Virus record (IMG/VR): IMGVR_UViG_3300009149_010511
Coordinates: 1-61,751 of that record
From: a virus
Taxonomy: Duplodnaviria > Caudoviricetes
Strand: one strand, 5' to 3'
DNA: 61,751 bases
Made by a program: the position numbers and the translations under genes. Below the pieces are notes generated by a model. The model made no database searches, had not been told where the DNA came from, and worked only from the letters and a program-made list of their open reading frames with translations. This document shows positions 1 through 8,156 of this stretch, one piece after another (position 1 is the stretch's first letter; every line of letters starts with the position of its first letter).

Positions 1-114
1 AAAGCAAGTAAGAAAGCACTCGAAATTCTTAAACCTTATACAGCAAAGGACAAGATGAAAAGATGGAAAGAATTGTATGATAATGAGCCTTACAGGACAT
101 ATGAGAAACTATAA
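1..114 (+). CDS. 3' end of a gene truncated by the window edge
   Basis: Open frame KASKKALEILKP...RTYEKL ending in TAA at 112-114, abutting the next ATG. Confidence 0.7.
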   Translation, partial: KASKKALEILKPYTAKDKMKRWKELYDNEPYRTYEKL

Positions 115-1170
115 ATGAACTTCACACAAATAGCAACTATTCTTGAAGCAGCAAAAGCTGACGTAGTATACCACTGCTCCCCTGACAAGCATAGTATACT
201 AACACCGCAGAACCTTCATGGTGATCCCGGAAGGAAACAAGATGTCTTTGCATCTCCTTATAAAGAAATGGCTTATGCCTACTTAGGAAAGAAATGGGGA
301 GATAGGGATATGAACCAAAGTGGTTATATCAAGAATGGTAAATACCATTGGGTGCTAGAAGAAATGCGTCCTAATGTATTTGAAGAATTATATAAAGGTC
401 GTACTGGTTACTTATATGTTCTTCCTGCTGCTACTTTTAAGTCAGGACAAACACGTGGCGGTACTTCCGAAGTTGTATCTCAGGTTCCAGTTAAACCTCT
501 CAATGTAGTTAAGATAGAAAATGTTTTAGGTTTTCTGAAAAGTAAGCATCCTATCATTGAGATGAAGAAATATAATCCAAATGGTGCTGGTTATAAAGCT
601 GCTGTTGAGAGAATGAAAAAACGATTAGCAAGATTTGGCAATCCTAAAGAACGACAAAAGTATCTTGATTGGGTTGGTGAGACTAATCCTAAGCTGAAAC
701 AAGAACTTGAAGGCTCTGTTTCAGAAAGATATAAAGATTCTGATCTTGTTCCGCATAGTGCAATAGCTGCTTTAATTCAAAGTGAATCAGGAGAAGTTCT
801 TATTCTCGATCATGTTAAGATTAAGAAGTGGACTATTCCTGTTGGAAAAGTAGACGAAGGTAAAACACCTGAACAAGCAACGAAGCAGGAAGTAAGAGAA
901 GAACTAGGTTTAGTTGTTAGTGAATTAAAACTAATTGAAAAGAAAGTTAAAACGTATACACGAGGTAGACCAGGAGAGCCACAAAAGAAAATCCCTATTA
1001 CTTTATATATTTACAAAGTGTTAAAGTATGCTGGAATACCGTCTAACAAAGAACCTAACAAGCATCGGTCTATGAAGTGGGCAAGCTTACAAGAACTTAA
1101 AGAGCTAATGGCTCAGGGGTTATTAAGCGACGCTACTCAGTGGGCATTGCAAGAGTTAATAAAAGTGTAG
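115..1170 (+). CDS. ADP-ribosyltransferase-like domain fused to a C-terminal Nudix hydrolase
   Basis: N-terminal VYHCS...VFASP...GYLYVL...SEVVS resembles the ART fold; C-terminal Nudix box GKVDEGKTPEQATKQEVREELG. Confidence 0.7.
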   Translation: MNFTQIATILEAAKADVVYHCSPDKHSILTPQNLHGDPGRKQDVFASPYKEMAYAYLGKKWGDRDMNQSGYIKNGKYHWVLEEMRPNVFEELYKGRTGYLYVLPAATFKSGQTRGGTSEVVSQVPVKPLNVVKIENVLGFLKSKHPIIEMKKYNPNGAGYKAAVERMKKRLARFGNPKERQKYLDWVGETNPKLKQELEGSVSERYKDSDLVPHSAIAALIQSESGEVLILDHVKIKKWTIPVGKVDEGKTPEQATKQEVREELGLVVSELKLIEKKVKTYTRGRPGEPQKKIPITLYIYKVLKYAGIPSNKEPNKHRSMKWASLQELKELMAQGLLSDATQWALQELIKV

Positions 1171-1207
1171 TTGGAGACAAACAATGAGTAAAAAAAAGCA
1201 ACTTAAA
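1161..1207 (+). repeat. 47-bp direct repeat, copy 1 (copy 2 at 2734-2780)
   Basis: AAAAGTGTAGTTGGAGACAAACAATGA(G/A)TAAAAA(A/G)AAGCAACTTAAA, 45/47 identical by manual alignment. Confidence 0.95.
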
Positions 1208-1222
1208 GGAGAAATAAACTAA
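1184..1222 (+). pseudogene. 12-aa mini-ORF MSKKKQLKGEIN, a remnant copy of the start of the 2757 gene
   Basis: GGAG SD; matches MNKKKQLK of the 2757 gene; its TAA overlaps the next ATG (TAATG). Confidence 0.6.
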
Positions 1223-2490
1223 TGGATACTGTTAAATTAACTAGCCACGACTTAGGGTGGCATATAGGGTCTTTGGACATTTTAAGTAGTTACGAGAGTT
1301 CTAGTATAATGATTAAACTCTTTGAGTTTCGAAATCAAGACTTAGGTAAAGGAAAGACTACTACTCCTTATACATTTTATGGTTATGACAAACAACTAAG
1401 CAAATCCTCTTTAGGAAGACTAGGACCATTTATCGCTACTTATTTTGACGCTGGCCCAAAGCGAAGCTCTAATTGGCTTATATGGTATCTACCGGAAGGC
1501 ATTAATACTTTAAAACAGATTGAACAGCTTCCGGCAAGTTGGTATAAACAAATTTGGAATAAACTACTCGCAGTTGCTGCTAAAAAAGCCGGAGAACATG
1601 CTATTGCTGGTGCAAGCAAGAGCTTGATACAAGAAGGCACGCAGCGAGGTAGGCATGAGTTATATGGGAAAAAAATTAACCTTATTATAAGTGGTGCATC
1701 TTTAAAAGGGAAATTAAAGCCTATAGGAGGCGATCTAGATCTTCCGAATGAAGTACAAAAAGCAGAAAAACCCAGTAAAGCATACAATGTAAATGATATG
1801 TTTGGCAATATTAGTGCAAAAGATGTTATTACCAATCCTTTAGATATAGCTAAGAGTGTAAAAAAAGCAGCCCCGGCTGCAGCAGCCGACGCAGAGAAAG
1901 CGATTAATTCTATTAAAGACGCAGCAAAATCAGGTAATGTAGAAGGTGTAGCAAAAGTAGTTGAGAAGGTTACCGAAGGCACAGTGTCTGAGCAAGACTT
2001 AAAAGATATGTCATCAGGAAAAATTCCCGATTCGCTGAATACTATGGTTAAGGATATAAATAAGGATATAGATAAGGATCCTATAAAAAAAGAAGCGTTA
2101 GAGATTGTTAAAAGCAAGAAAAGTTTTCTACAAAAAGTTTTTTCAAAAATTAAGACTATTTTTAAGGAGCACAAAGCTTTAGTAGTACTTATAGGTAGTC
2201 TTATTATAGCAGGTCTCGCAATAGTTGTGTATGTTAAATTAAAATCAAAGAAAAATACTAAGGCTGCAGAATCAGTTTTAGACTCTTTCTGTAGTATAAA
2301 CGATTCTGCCTTCCTAGAAGACACTTCTTCTGATATAGCGAAAATGCTTTTAGCTCTTGGTGCAATGGGATTAATTGCTAAGAGCTTAAAAGGTCTTTTT
2401 TCAAAAGAGTCATCTGGAGCAGATAGAGCTAGATGGGGAGCTACATTACTAATTACGCTTGCTGCAGTATTAGGGTCTGCAGCAGCTTAA
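1222..2490 (+). CDS. Membrane protein of the variable-N-terminus/shared-TM-anchor family
   Basis: AAGGAG SD; KDPIKKEALEIVK...KALVVLIGSLIIAGLAIVVYVKLKSKK then AES...FLED and two more hydrophobic segments. Confidence 0.8.
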   Translation: MDTVKLTSHDLGWHIGSLDILSSYESSSIMIKLFEFRNQDLGKGKTTTPYTFYGYDKQLSKSSLGRLGPFIATYFDAGPKRSSNWLIWYLPEGINTLKQIEQLPASWYKQIWNKLLAVAAKKAGEHAIAGASKSLIQEGTQRGRHELYGKKINLIISGASLKGKLKPIGGDLDLPNEVQKAEKPSKAYNVNDMFGNISAKDVITNPLDIAKSVKKAAPAAAADAEKAINSIKDAAKSGNVEGVAKVVEKVTEGTVSEQDLKDMSSGKIPDSLNTMVKDINKDIDKDPIKKEALEIVKSKKSFLQKVFSKIKTIFKEHKALVVLIGSLIIAGLAIVVYVKLKSKKNTKAAESVLDSFCSINDSAFLEDTSSDIAKMLLALGAMGLIAKSLKGLFSKESSGADRARWGATLLITLAAVLGSAAA

Positions 2491-2520
2491 AATTGACATA
2501 ATATAACTTAGAGGTAATAA

Positions 2521-2760
2521 ATGTTTAAATTTCTTAAATGGTATTTGCTTATAGGAATTATTTCCACTATATGGTACAATGCTGAAGATGCTCTCTGTGA
2601 TGTAACCATAACTGAATTAGTGCAGGATTATGATGAACGCATTGTATGTGGTGGCGTTTTTCTTGCTTTGGTTGCGATATCTGTAGTTGTAATGCCATTT
2701 TTTCTTCCTCTTTTGTTATTTGCAAAGTTAAAGAAAAGTGTAGTTGGAGACAAACAATGA
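2521..2760 (+). CDS. Small two-TM membrane protein
   Basis: GAGG SD, two hydrophobic stretches, ATGA overlap with the next gene. Confidence 0.7.
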   Translation: MFKFLKWYLLIGIISTIWYNAEDALCDVTITELVQDYDERIVCGGVFLALVAISVVVMPFFLPLLLFAKLKKSVVGDKQ

Positions 2761-2780
2761 ATAAAAAGAAGCAACTTAAA
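2734..2780 (+). repeat. 47-bp direct repeat, copy 2
   Basis: See 1161-1207; includes the SD and first 8 codons of the 2757 gene. Confidence 0.95.
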
Positions 2781-3467
2781 CTAGATGAATTACAAAAGGA
2801 ATTCGAGAAGTTAGATAGAACTTCCTCAAGACATGACCCTAGAGTATTAACACATGCTTTTTCTCTTGCTAGGGATGGCAAAGTAGAAGAAGCTGCGGAT
2901 GCTATCATGTTTGTCTATGATGAGTTGCCTAAAGAAAAAATAGTCGCTATCTTATCTGAGCCTCCAGGAGAAGAACTTGCTGCATTGCTTTCTGATGCTA
3001 ACAAAGCAATTAACAACTCAAAGCTAAAACATGACAAAGAGTTTGAAAGACTCAAAAAAGAAGTTGCTGACGTACAGAAACCGCTTATTGCTAAAATTTT
3101 AGCTAGCATAAAGAAATTCGTTACTGATAGAAGAGTGTTAGCTATAGTAGGTGTACTTGTTATAACAGCACTTGCAGTTATTGCTTATAGAAAATATAAA
3201 CAAGGTAAAGGTGATTCAATAACTAAAGCAACTGAATCTTTACTTGAGGTATCTCCTTTACTTACTAAAGCAACAAGTAAGAAGACTATCGGTACTCTTA
3301 CTATTGTATTAGGTATCCTATCATTAGTTCTAGCTACATTAAGACTTGTTAAACTTGTTAATTCAGACAAAGACATTACAGCAGAGGGCGGTGTACAGAT
3401 TGTTATATCTTATCTAGCAGGAATTATTACTTTACTGAAAGGTATCTCAATGCGTACGGCCTCATAA
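2757..3467 (+). CDS. Membrane protein of the shared-TM-anchor family (start revised from 2646)
   Basis: GGAG SD before ATG 2757; RRVLAIVGVLVITALAVIAYRKYKQ then ATESLLE and two more TM segments. Confidence 0.8.
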   Translation: MNKKKQLKLDELQKEFEKLDRTSSRHDPRVLTHAFSLARDGKVEEAADAIMFVYDELPKEKIVAILSEPPGEELAALLSDANKAINNSKLKHDKEFERLKKEVADVQKPLIAKILASIKKFVTDRRVLAIVGVLVITALAVIAYRKYKQGKGDSITKATESLLEVSPLLTKATSKKTIGTLTIVLGILSLVLATLRLVKLVNSDKDITAEGGVQIVISYLAGIITLLKGISMRTAS

Positions 3468-3478
3468 GAGATAATGAA

Positions 3479-3850
3479 ATGAAAAATACACAGAAGTTGC
3501 TAGATGACAAGTTTCGAGAAGCTGTTAGACTTTATCCCAACCAGATTAAGTTTTTTGCAGCATGTGGCGCTAATGTGGATGTAACAAACAGATTAGGCAA
3601 CACTTCTTTAATGTTAGCAGTATTCTTTGAAGAAGTGCACACTGTAAACACTTTAATTGAGTGTGGCGTTAATATAAACGCACAGAACCGTAATGGCGAT
3701 ACAGCTTTAATGATGGCTATTAGAAGCGGTAATAAAGAAATAATTAAGATATTGATTGACGCAGGAGCAAAGACATACGTTACAGATAAAGCAGGCAACG
3801 ATGCATTTACTAAGTTTTATACTACTCAACTAAATCAAAATTCTAAATAG
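3479..3850 (+). CDS. Ankyrin-repeat protein
   Basis: GANVDVTNRLGNTSLMLA, GVNINAQNRNGDTALMMA, GAKTYVTDKAGNDA. Confidence 0.92.
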   Translation: MKNTQKLLDDKFREAVRLYPNQIKFFAACGANVDVTNRLGNTSLMLAVFFEEVHTVNTLIECGVNINAQNRNGDTALMMAIRSGNKEIIKILIDAGAKTYVTDKAGNDAFTKFYTTQLNQNSK

Positions 3851-3861
3851 AAGGTGAATCT

Positions 3862-4218
3862 ATGATTATTCTAACATCAGAAGTAGTTAATGTAGCTGAT
3901 AAGTCTATTGGCTTATTTGGTGACTTAGTAAAGCAGTTCGGATCTCAGTACCCAGCAATCGCTTTATTTGCTCTTATTTTCATTGCTATACTTGCTTTAA
4001 TACTTTGGGGTGGTAAGAGCATGTTTAAAATGTTACTTGCTTTCTTTACAGCTAAAGATGTTAAGGAAGGCGAAAACCACTTAGCAGAAGTTAGACGACA
4101 GTTTGAAGCTATGTTTAAAAAACTTGATGTCATTGAAGATAAGATATCTGAGATACGCGGAGCTTTATTTATGAAAGCTAAAGAAGAAGAAAAATCTGAT
4201 GGAGATATTGATGTCTAG
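3862..4218 (+). CDS. Single-TM coiled-coil protein, possibly holin-like
   Basis: One TM (AIALFALIFIAILALILW) followed by a charged coiled coil; function inferred from architecture only. Confidence 0.45.
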   Translation: MIILTSEVVNVADKSIGLFGDLVKQFGSQYPAIALFALIFIAILALILWGGKSMFKMLLAFFTAKDVKEGENHLAEVRRQFEAMFKKLDVIEDKISEIRGALFMKAKEEEKSDGDIDV

Positions 4219-5197
4219 AGAAGTACCTACTATTGACGGAAGAGGAAGCATAGTTAAGCCAGACTACCCTTTTGATGGAAAGTTACTTTATAACCAATTA
4301 CTCGCTCGAGCGGCACTTCAAACTATGCTAGATGAAGAAATAGCTAAGAAAAGACTTGATAAAGAGCAGGCTCGTTTGAAGGAACAGCAAATGCGTTTTG
4401 ATCAAATTAAAAAGAATGCTAATATTAAACATGTAGTTTTATGGAATCAAGCTTTAGACAATGTATCACCAGATAATATAATGTTAGATGGTGTATTACT
4501 TCCTGCTATAACTAAAGGACAACAACGCGCAAGAAGTGTAGTTGTGAATAAAGTCTCTCGAGTATATTCAAAATACAAGGAAGATCGTCATAAAACAGAA
4601 GTATCCGAATTTGAAATTAGAAGAGTAGTAGGACCTAATGTAATAGCTGTAGAAGCACCACTTAATGAAAAAGACAGTGAAGGTCGGCAAGCAATCTTTG
4701 TAATTTATGTTGAATGTAAGAAAGCGTTAAACTCACGTGACATAATTCTTGTAATTGAAGCTATTAGAACTTTTTGCGGACTTGTTGGTATAAGTATAGC
4801 ACCTGCAGTACATAATAGTATTAAAGAACTTCTTGCAGGCAAACCTTCTATATGGCTAGTGTGTAAAGAAAAAGCTCGTGAAATGAAAGCTAAGTTAGTT
4901 AAAGCATTAGCCCCTGTGATGAAGAAAATCAAAGAGCGTAAAAAGCAGATAATCATTATAGTACTAGCACTAACTGTTCTTACTATAGCCCTTTATTACT
5001 TATACATGTACAAAAAGAAGAAGGTTTCTGCTGATGTAGTTAAAACACTAGTAACAGCTTCTACAACTAAAAGTTCTCATGATATAGTAAAAGAAATGAA
5101 ATCAGCAGATGATGCAATGAACTCTGGTAATATAGAACAGGCAGGAAAACAAGCTGTAAGTGTAATGAAAACGTTATTTACTCAACCTCAAATTTAA
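4211..5197 (+). CDS. Membrane-anchored protein; C-terminal ~120 aa paralogous to 23279-24208
   Basis: GGAG SD before ATG 4211; W..C.EKAREMK...IIIIVLALTVLTIALYYLYMYKK...AMNSGNIEQAGKQAV. Confidence 0.8.
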   Translation: MSREVPTIDGRGSIVKPDYPFDGKLLYNQLLARAALQTMLDEEIAKKRLDKEQARLKEQQMRFDQIKKNANIKHVVLWNQALDNVSPDNIMLDGVLLPAITKGQQRARSVVVNKVSRVYSKYKEDRHKTEVSEFEIRRVVGPNVIAVEAPLNEKDSEGRQAIFVIYVECKKALNSRDIILVIEAIRTFCGLVGISIAPAVHNSIKELLAGKPSIWLVCKEKAREMKAKLVKALAPVMKKIKERKKQIIIIVLALTVLTIALYYLYMYKKKKVSADVVKTLVTASTTKSSHDIVKEMKSADDAMNSGNIEQAGKQAVSVMKTLFTQPQI

Positions 5198-5208
5198 AGG
5201 ATAACTAA

Positions 5209-5703
5209 ATGCACATAACTAACTTAGAAGAAGCAGCTTACTTTTCATTATTGGAAGATGTCGTTCCTATGTCTGCTATATCCTTAAAGGATGTAACTAA
5301 TATTAAAGAAGCAGTTGCTTTATTTAAATCATCCTCCGATTTTGAAGAGTCAGGTATAAGTGATAAAAACGAAGGTGGCTTGTGGAATTATATAATGTAT
5401 GAAGATAAGCCAGCAGGTTTAATTGTTGTAACTATTGTTGATCAGAAGAGAAGACGAATATGCGAAATAAATAGTGTAGTCATTAAAGAAGAATATCGAG
5501 GCAAAGGTTTGCTAAGAGGTGAGCTTTTACTATTTGATAAATATAAGGTAGACATGTTGATAGCTGAAGTTAAAGACTACAACACACAATCAGCAAAGGC
5601 ACATAAGAAACTAGGTTTCAAGAAACATAAACCAGATGTTGATTGGCATGACTTTGTGTTACGCAAGAAGGACTTAGTACCTAAAGGAGAAGATAATGCC
5701 TAA
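5209..5703 (+). CDS. GNAT acetyltransferase
   Basis: VVIKEEYRGKGL (motif A) and N..S..AHKKLGF (motif B). Confidence 0.88.
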   Translation: MHITNLEEAAYFSLLEDVVPMSAISLKDVTNIKEAVALFKSSSDFEESGISDKNEGGLWNYIMYEDKPAGLIVVTIVDQKRRRICEINSVVIKEEYRGKGLLRGELLLFDKYKVDMLIAEVKDYNTQSAKAHKKLGFKKHKPDVDWHDFVLRKKDLVPKGEDNA

Positions 5704-6016
5704 ACCAAACAAAGGTGAACATAAAGACGAATTCATAAGCAGGTGTATACCTAAACTTATTAAAGATGAGAAGTATCCACAGAAACAGGCAATAGCTATT
5801 TGTTATAGTTATTGGAAAGACAAAGACAAAAGAAAGATGGAAGGTGTTTTTTGTGAGTCTAGTGAACATGGCTCACTATATTATAGATCAGGCAAACCTA
5901 TTGCTATGTATGTAAAAGATCTTAGAAAACTATATGTACTTACTGAATACATGACTTCCTACCAAACAATGGCAGACGCTTGTGAAGCTAAAGGCGTTAC
6001 AGTTGTTGGTGTATAA
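5696..6016 (+). CDS. Small phage protein with a PKP..GE..EFISRC...QAIAICYSYW domain
   Basis: AAGGAG SD; similar N-terminus at 28500. Confidence 0.7.
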   Translation: MPKPNKGEHKDEFISRCIPKLIKDEKYPQKQAIAICYSYWKDKDKRKMEGVFCESSEHGSLYYRSGKPIAMYVKDLRKLYVLTEYMTSYQTMADACEAKGVTVVGV

Positions 6017-6175
6017 TTGTATAACGAATCTTTCTATGTAGAAAACTCTTCTGAGTTATTGGAATTATTATTTCTTGCACATTTACTCGCTGTTGAGGAC
6101 GAAGAATACGAAGAAGAAGACAATGACGAAATAATTGGTTTACTAAACAATTACGTTCTCCCACTGTATTTCTGA
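6017..6175 (+). CDS. 52-aa acidic hypothetical protein (not in ORF track)
   Basis: TTG start immediately after the previous stop; MYNESFYVENSSELLELL...VLPLYF. Confidence 0.45.
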   Translation: MYNESFYVENSSELLELLFLAHLLAVEDEEYEEEDNDEIIGLLNNYVLPLYF

Positions 6176-6192
6176 AAGCGAGGTAAACAAAA

Positions 6193-6300
6193 ATGGACCC
6201 TAAGCAGTTTATGATGGCTGTCCTTAGACTTACAACTCTAATATTTATATCAGGTGCAATTCTTTTCGCTGTACTTAATTTTGTAGACTTTATTCTTTAG
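6193..6300 (+). CDS. 35-aa hydrophobic membrane peptide (not in ORF track)
   Basis: GAGG SD; MDPKQFMMAVLRLTTLIFISGAILFAVLNFVDFIL. Confidence 0.6.
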   Translation: MDPKQFMMAVLRLTTLIFISGAILFAVLNFVDFIL

Positions 6301-6311
6301 GAGATGATAGC

Positions 6312-7865
6312 ATGGCTGAAACACACGATTTCGCTAAAATTATTCAAGTAATTGAAACTAACAAAAGGAATCCGGAACTGATTTTAAAATTGTTAGCAAC
6401 ATACAAAACCTTTATTGCGTCAAAAGAAGATCCTTTGATACATTACGGAATGCGTCTCAATAAAGCTATGCTGGGAAGTTCTCCTAAGCCTAAAGATTAC
6501 GACGGTTACGCTGTATTGTCCTTAATTTGGATAACACATGAATTAGGCTCGTATGAAAAAGAATTGAAAACATTATTAAAGCATACAGGACTAGCAGCTA
6601 CTGGCGGAAGAGGTTTACGACATGACTTATTAGCTAAGAGTGTAGACTCATCTATTACAGCTCCAGCAGGAACAATGGATAACTTAGCACAGAATGTTAG
6701 ATACTTACTCGGAACTAAATACCTGAAAGCTGTTAATACAGTAGAAGCTAAGGATGGCACTAAAGGTATTATTGATAGAGTTATAAGAACAGCTGCCAGC
6801 TTGTTTGCATTAAACACAAACGAATTCTTTGCTATAGCTAACTTGTCAAAGTTTAATCTTGATATGTATACTAATATGTCTGATGCTTTTCTTTATACAT
6901 TACGTGCAGGCGGAGAAGACACTGATTTACACAGACTAAATGATAACCCTAGTGCTAATGCTGCCATTATTAATAATGATGTTTTTAAGAATATATTTTT
7001 AGATAAGTTTCCTGAACAGAAAGATATGCTGCTTAAGTTTGCTCTTACTAATGCTTCCATAGCAAGAAAACTTGTTGCTTCAGCTAAAGGTATAGCAGGT
7101 ATGGAAAAAGATGTGCAGCATAACGAAGCTGAAAAGATCCTCAACAGCGCATTAAATATTGATAAAATGAATCAGCCCTATCTAAAAAGATTATTCACAG
7201 GAACAACAGTAGGTATTAAAAATGTAGAACAACCTACAGCAGGCATAACTAAGAATTCACTAATTGAGACTGCTAAAGATTTACTTCCTGCTATAGATGA
7301 TCCTTTTGTACAAGAACATTTTAGCTTTTCAATGGGAAAAGATGCATCTGCTACTGAAATGTTTTCATCAATGGATAGTAGTACTAAGAATGTAATAAAG
7401 AAGTTTGTTGAAGATAAAGAAATTAGTGCAGAGGATGCAGGGCTAGATGATCTTAACGCTAACATAAATAAAGATCCTATGCTGAAACGAATCTATAATA
7501 AAGTGAAGACTAGCATAGGTGCGTTAAAGACACGGTTCGTTGCAATGCTTAAAAAGATAGGTGTTAAACCAAAGACTATTGCTATCCTTGTTGTTTTGCT
7601 AATTGCTGCAGTAGCAATTGTTATTTATATTAGAAAAAAGAAACAATCTTCATCAAGTACAGAATCTACTACAGTTGATGAATTATGTGAAGCAGGTACA
7701 CTTACAAACGTTAAGACAACCGGGCAGACTGTGTTTACTTTAGGTATTTCAGAATTCTTAATGGCTACTTCTAAGATTGGTAATGAAGGATTTACAGTAG
7801 CCTCTATCTTCTTTGTTTTCGGCCTAATTAACATTATGCGTTCATTAGGAGTCCAAAAACAATAA
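6312..7865 (+). CDS. Membrane protein of the shared-TM-anchor family with a large soluble N-terminal domain
   Basis: NKDPMLKRIYNKVK...KTIAILVVLLIAAVAIVIYIRKKK then STES...LCEAG and further hydrophobic segments. Confidence 0.8.
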   Translation: MAETHDFAKIIQVIETNKRNPELILKLLATYKTFIASKEDPLIHYGMRLNKAMLGSSPKPKDYDGYAVLSLIWITHELGSYEKELKTLLKHTGLAATGGRGLRHDLLAKSVDSSITAPAGTMDNLAQNVRYLLGTKYLKAVNTVEAKDGTKGIIDRVIRTAASLFALNTNEFFAIANLSKFNLDMYTNMSDAFLYTLRAGGEDTDLHRLNDNPSANAAIINNDVFKNIFLDKFPEQKDMLLKFALTNASIARKLVASAKGIAGMEKDVQHNEAEKILNSALNIDKMNQPYLKRLFTGTTVGIKNVEQPTAGITKNSLIETAKDLLPAIDDPFVQEHFSFSMGKDASATEMFSSMDSSTKNVIKKFVEDKEISAEDAGLDDLNANINKDPMLKRIYNKVKTSIGALKTRFVAMLKKIGVKPKTIAILVVLLIAAVAIVIYIRKKKQSSSSTESTTVDELCEAGTLTNVKTTGQTVFTLGISEFLMATSKIGNEGFTVASIFFVFGLINIMRSLGVQKQ

Positions 7866-7963
7866 CTTACTGATTTTCGGTAGCAATATGGAATAGTTCG
7901 ACAAACACACTAATTGAAATATTAAGCGGTTGTTTACATTATTACGAGGAGGTGATAACCCAT

Positions 7964-8131
7964 ATGTCTCAACGATACAGAACAGAAAACGATATCAATG
8001 AGATTATCGAGAGGGCCAAAAAGCGCTATAGTGGACAGGGCCTAACAGAGTCCACTAGGAAGAAGAAACTACGAAATCAGTTAGACAAAGGCATCAGAGC
8101 CGATGTTGCAAATAGAGCCGATAAAGACTAA
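7964..8131 (+). CDS. 55-aa basic protein (not in ORF track)
   Basis: Strong GAGGAGGTG SD; MSQRYRTENDINEIIERAKKRYSGQGLTESTRKKK. Confidence 0.7.
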   Translation: MSQRYRTENDINEIIERAKKRYSGQGLTESTRKKKLRNQLDKGIRADVANRADKD

Positions 8132-8156
8132 TAATTAATACAGGAGGAAAGTACTT

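Noticed and set aside
1440-2324. 294-aa antisense ORF and other opposite-strand ORFs in the track (e.g. 16856-17266, 50758-51135, 47000-47392)
   Set aside because: Shadows of real genes: Ser/Phe/Leu-rich, no SD, and against the operon direction
3479-3850. Eukaryotic virus origin suggested by ankyrin, TYW3-like genes and RxL motifs
   Set aside because: Shine-Dalgarno sites, operonic overlaps, a sigma-70 factor, an SLT and contractile-tail genes indicate a bacteriophage
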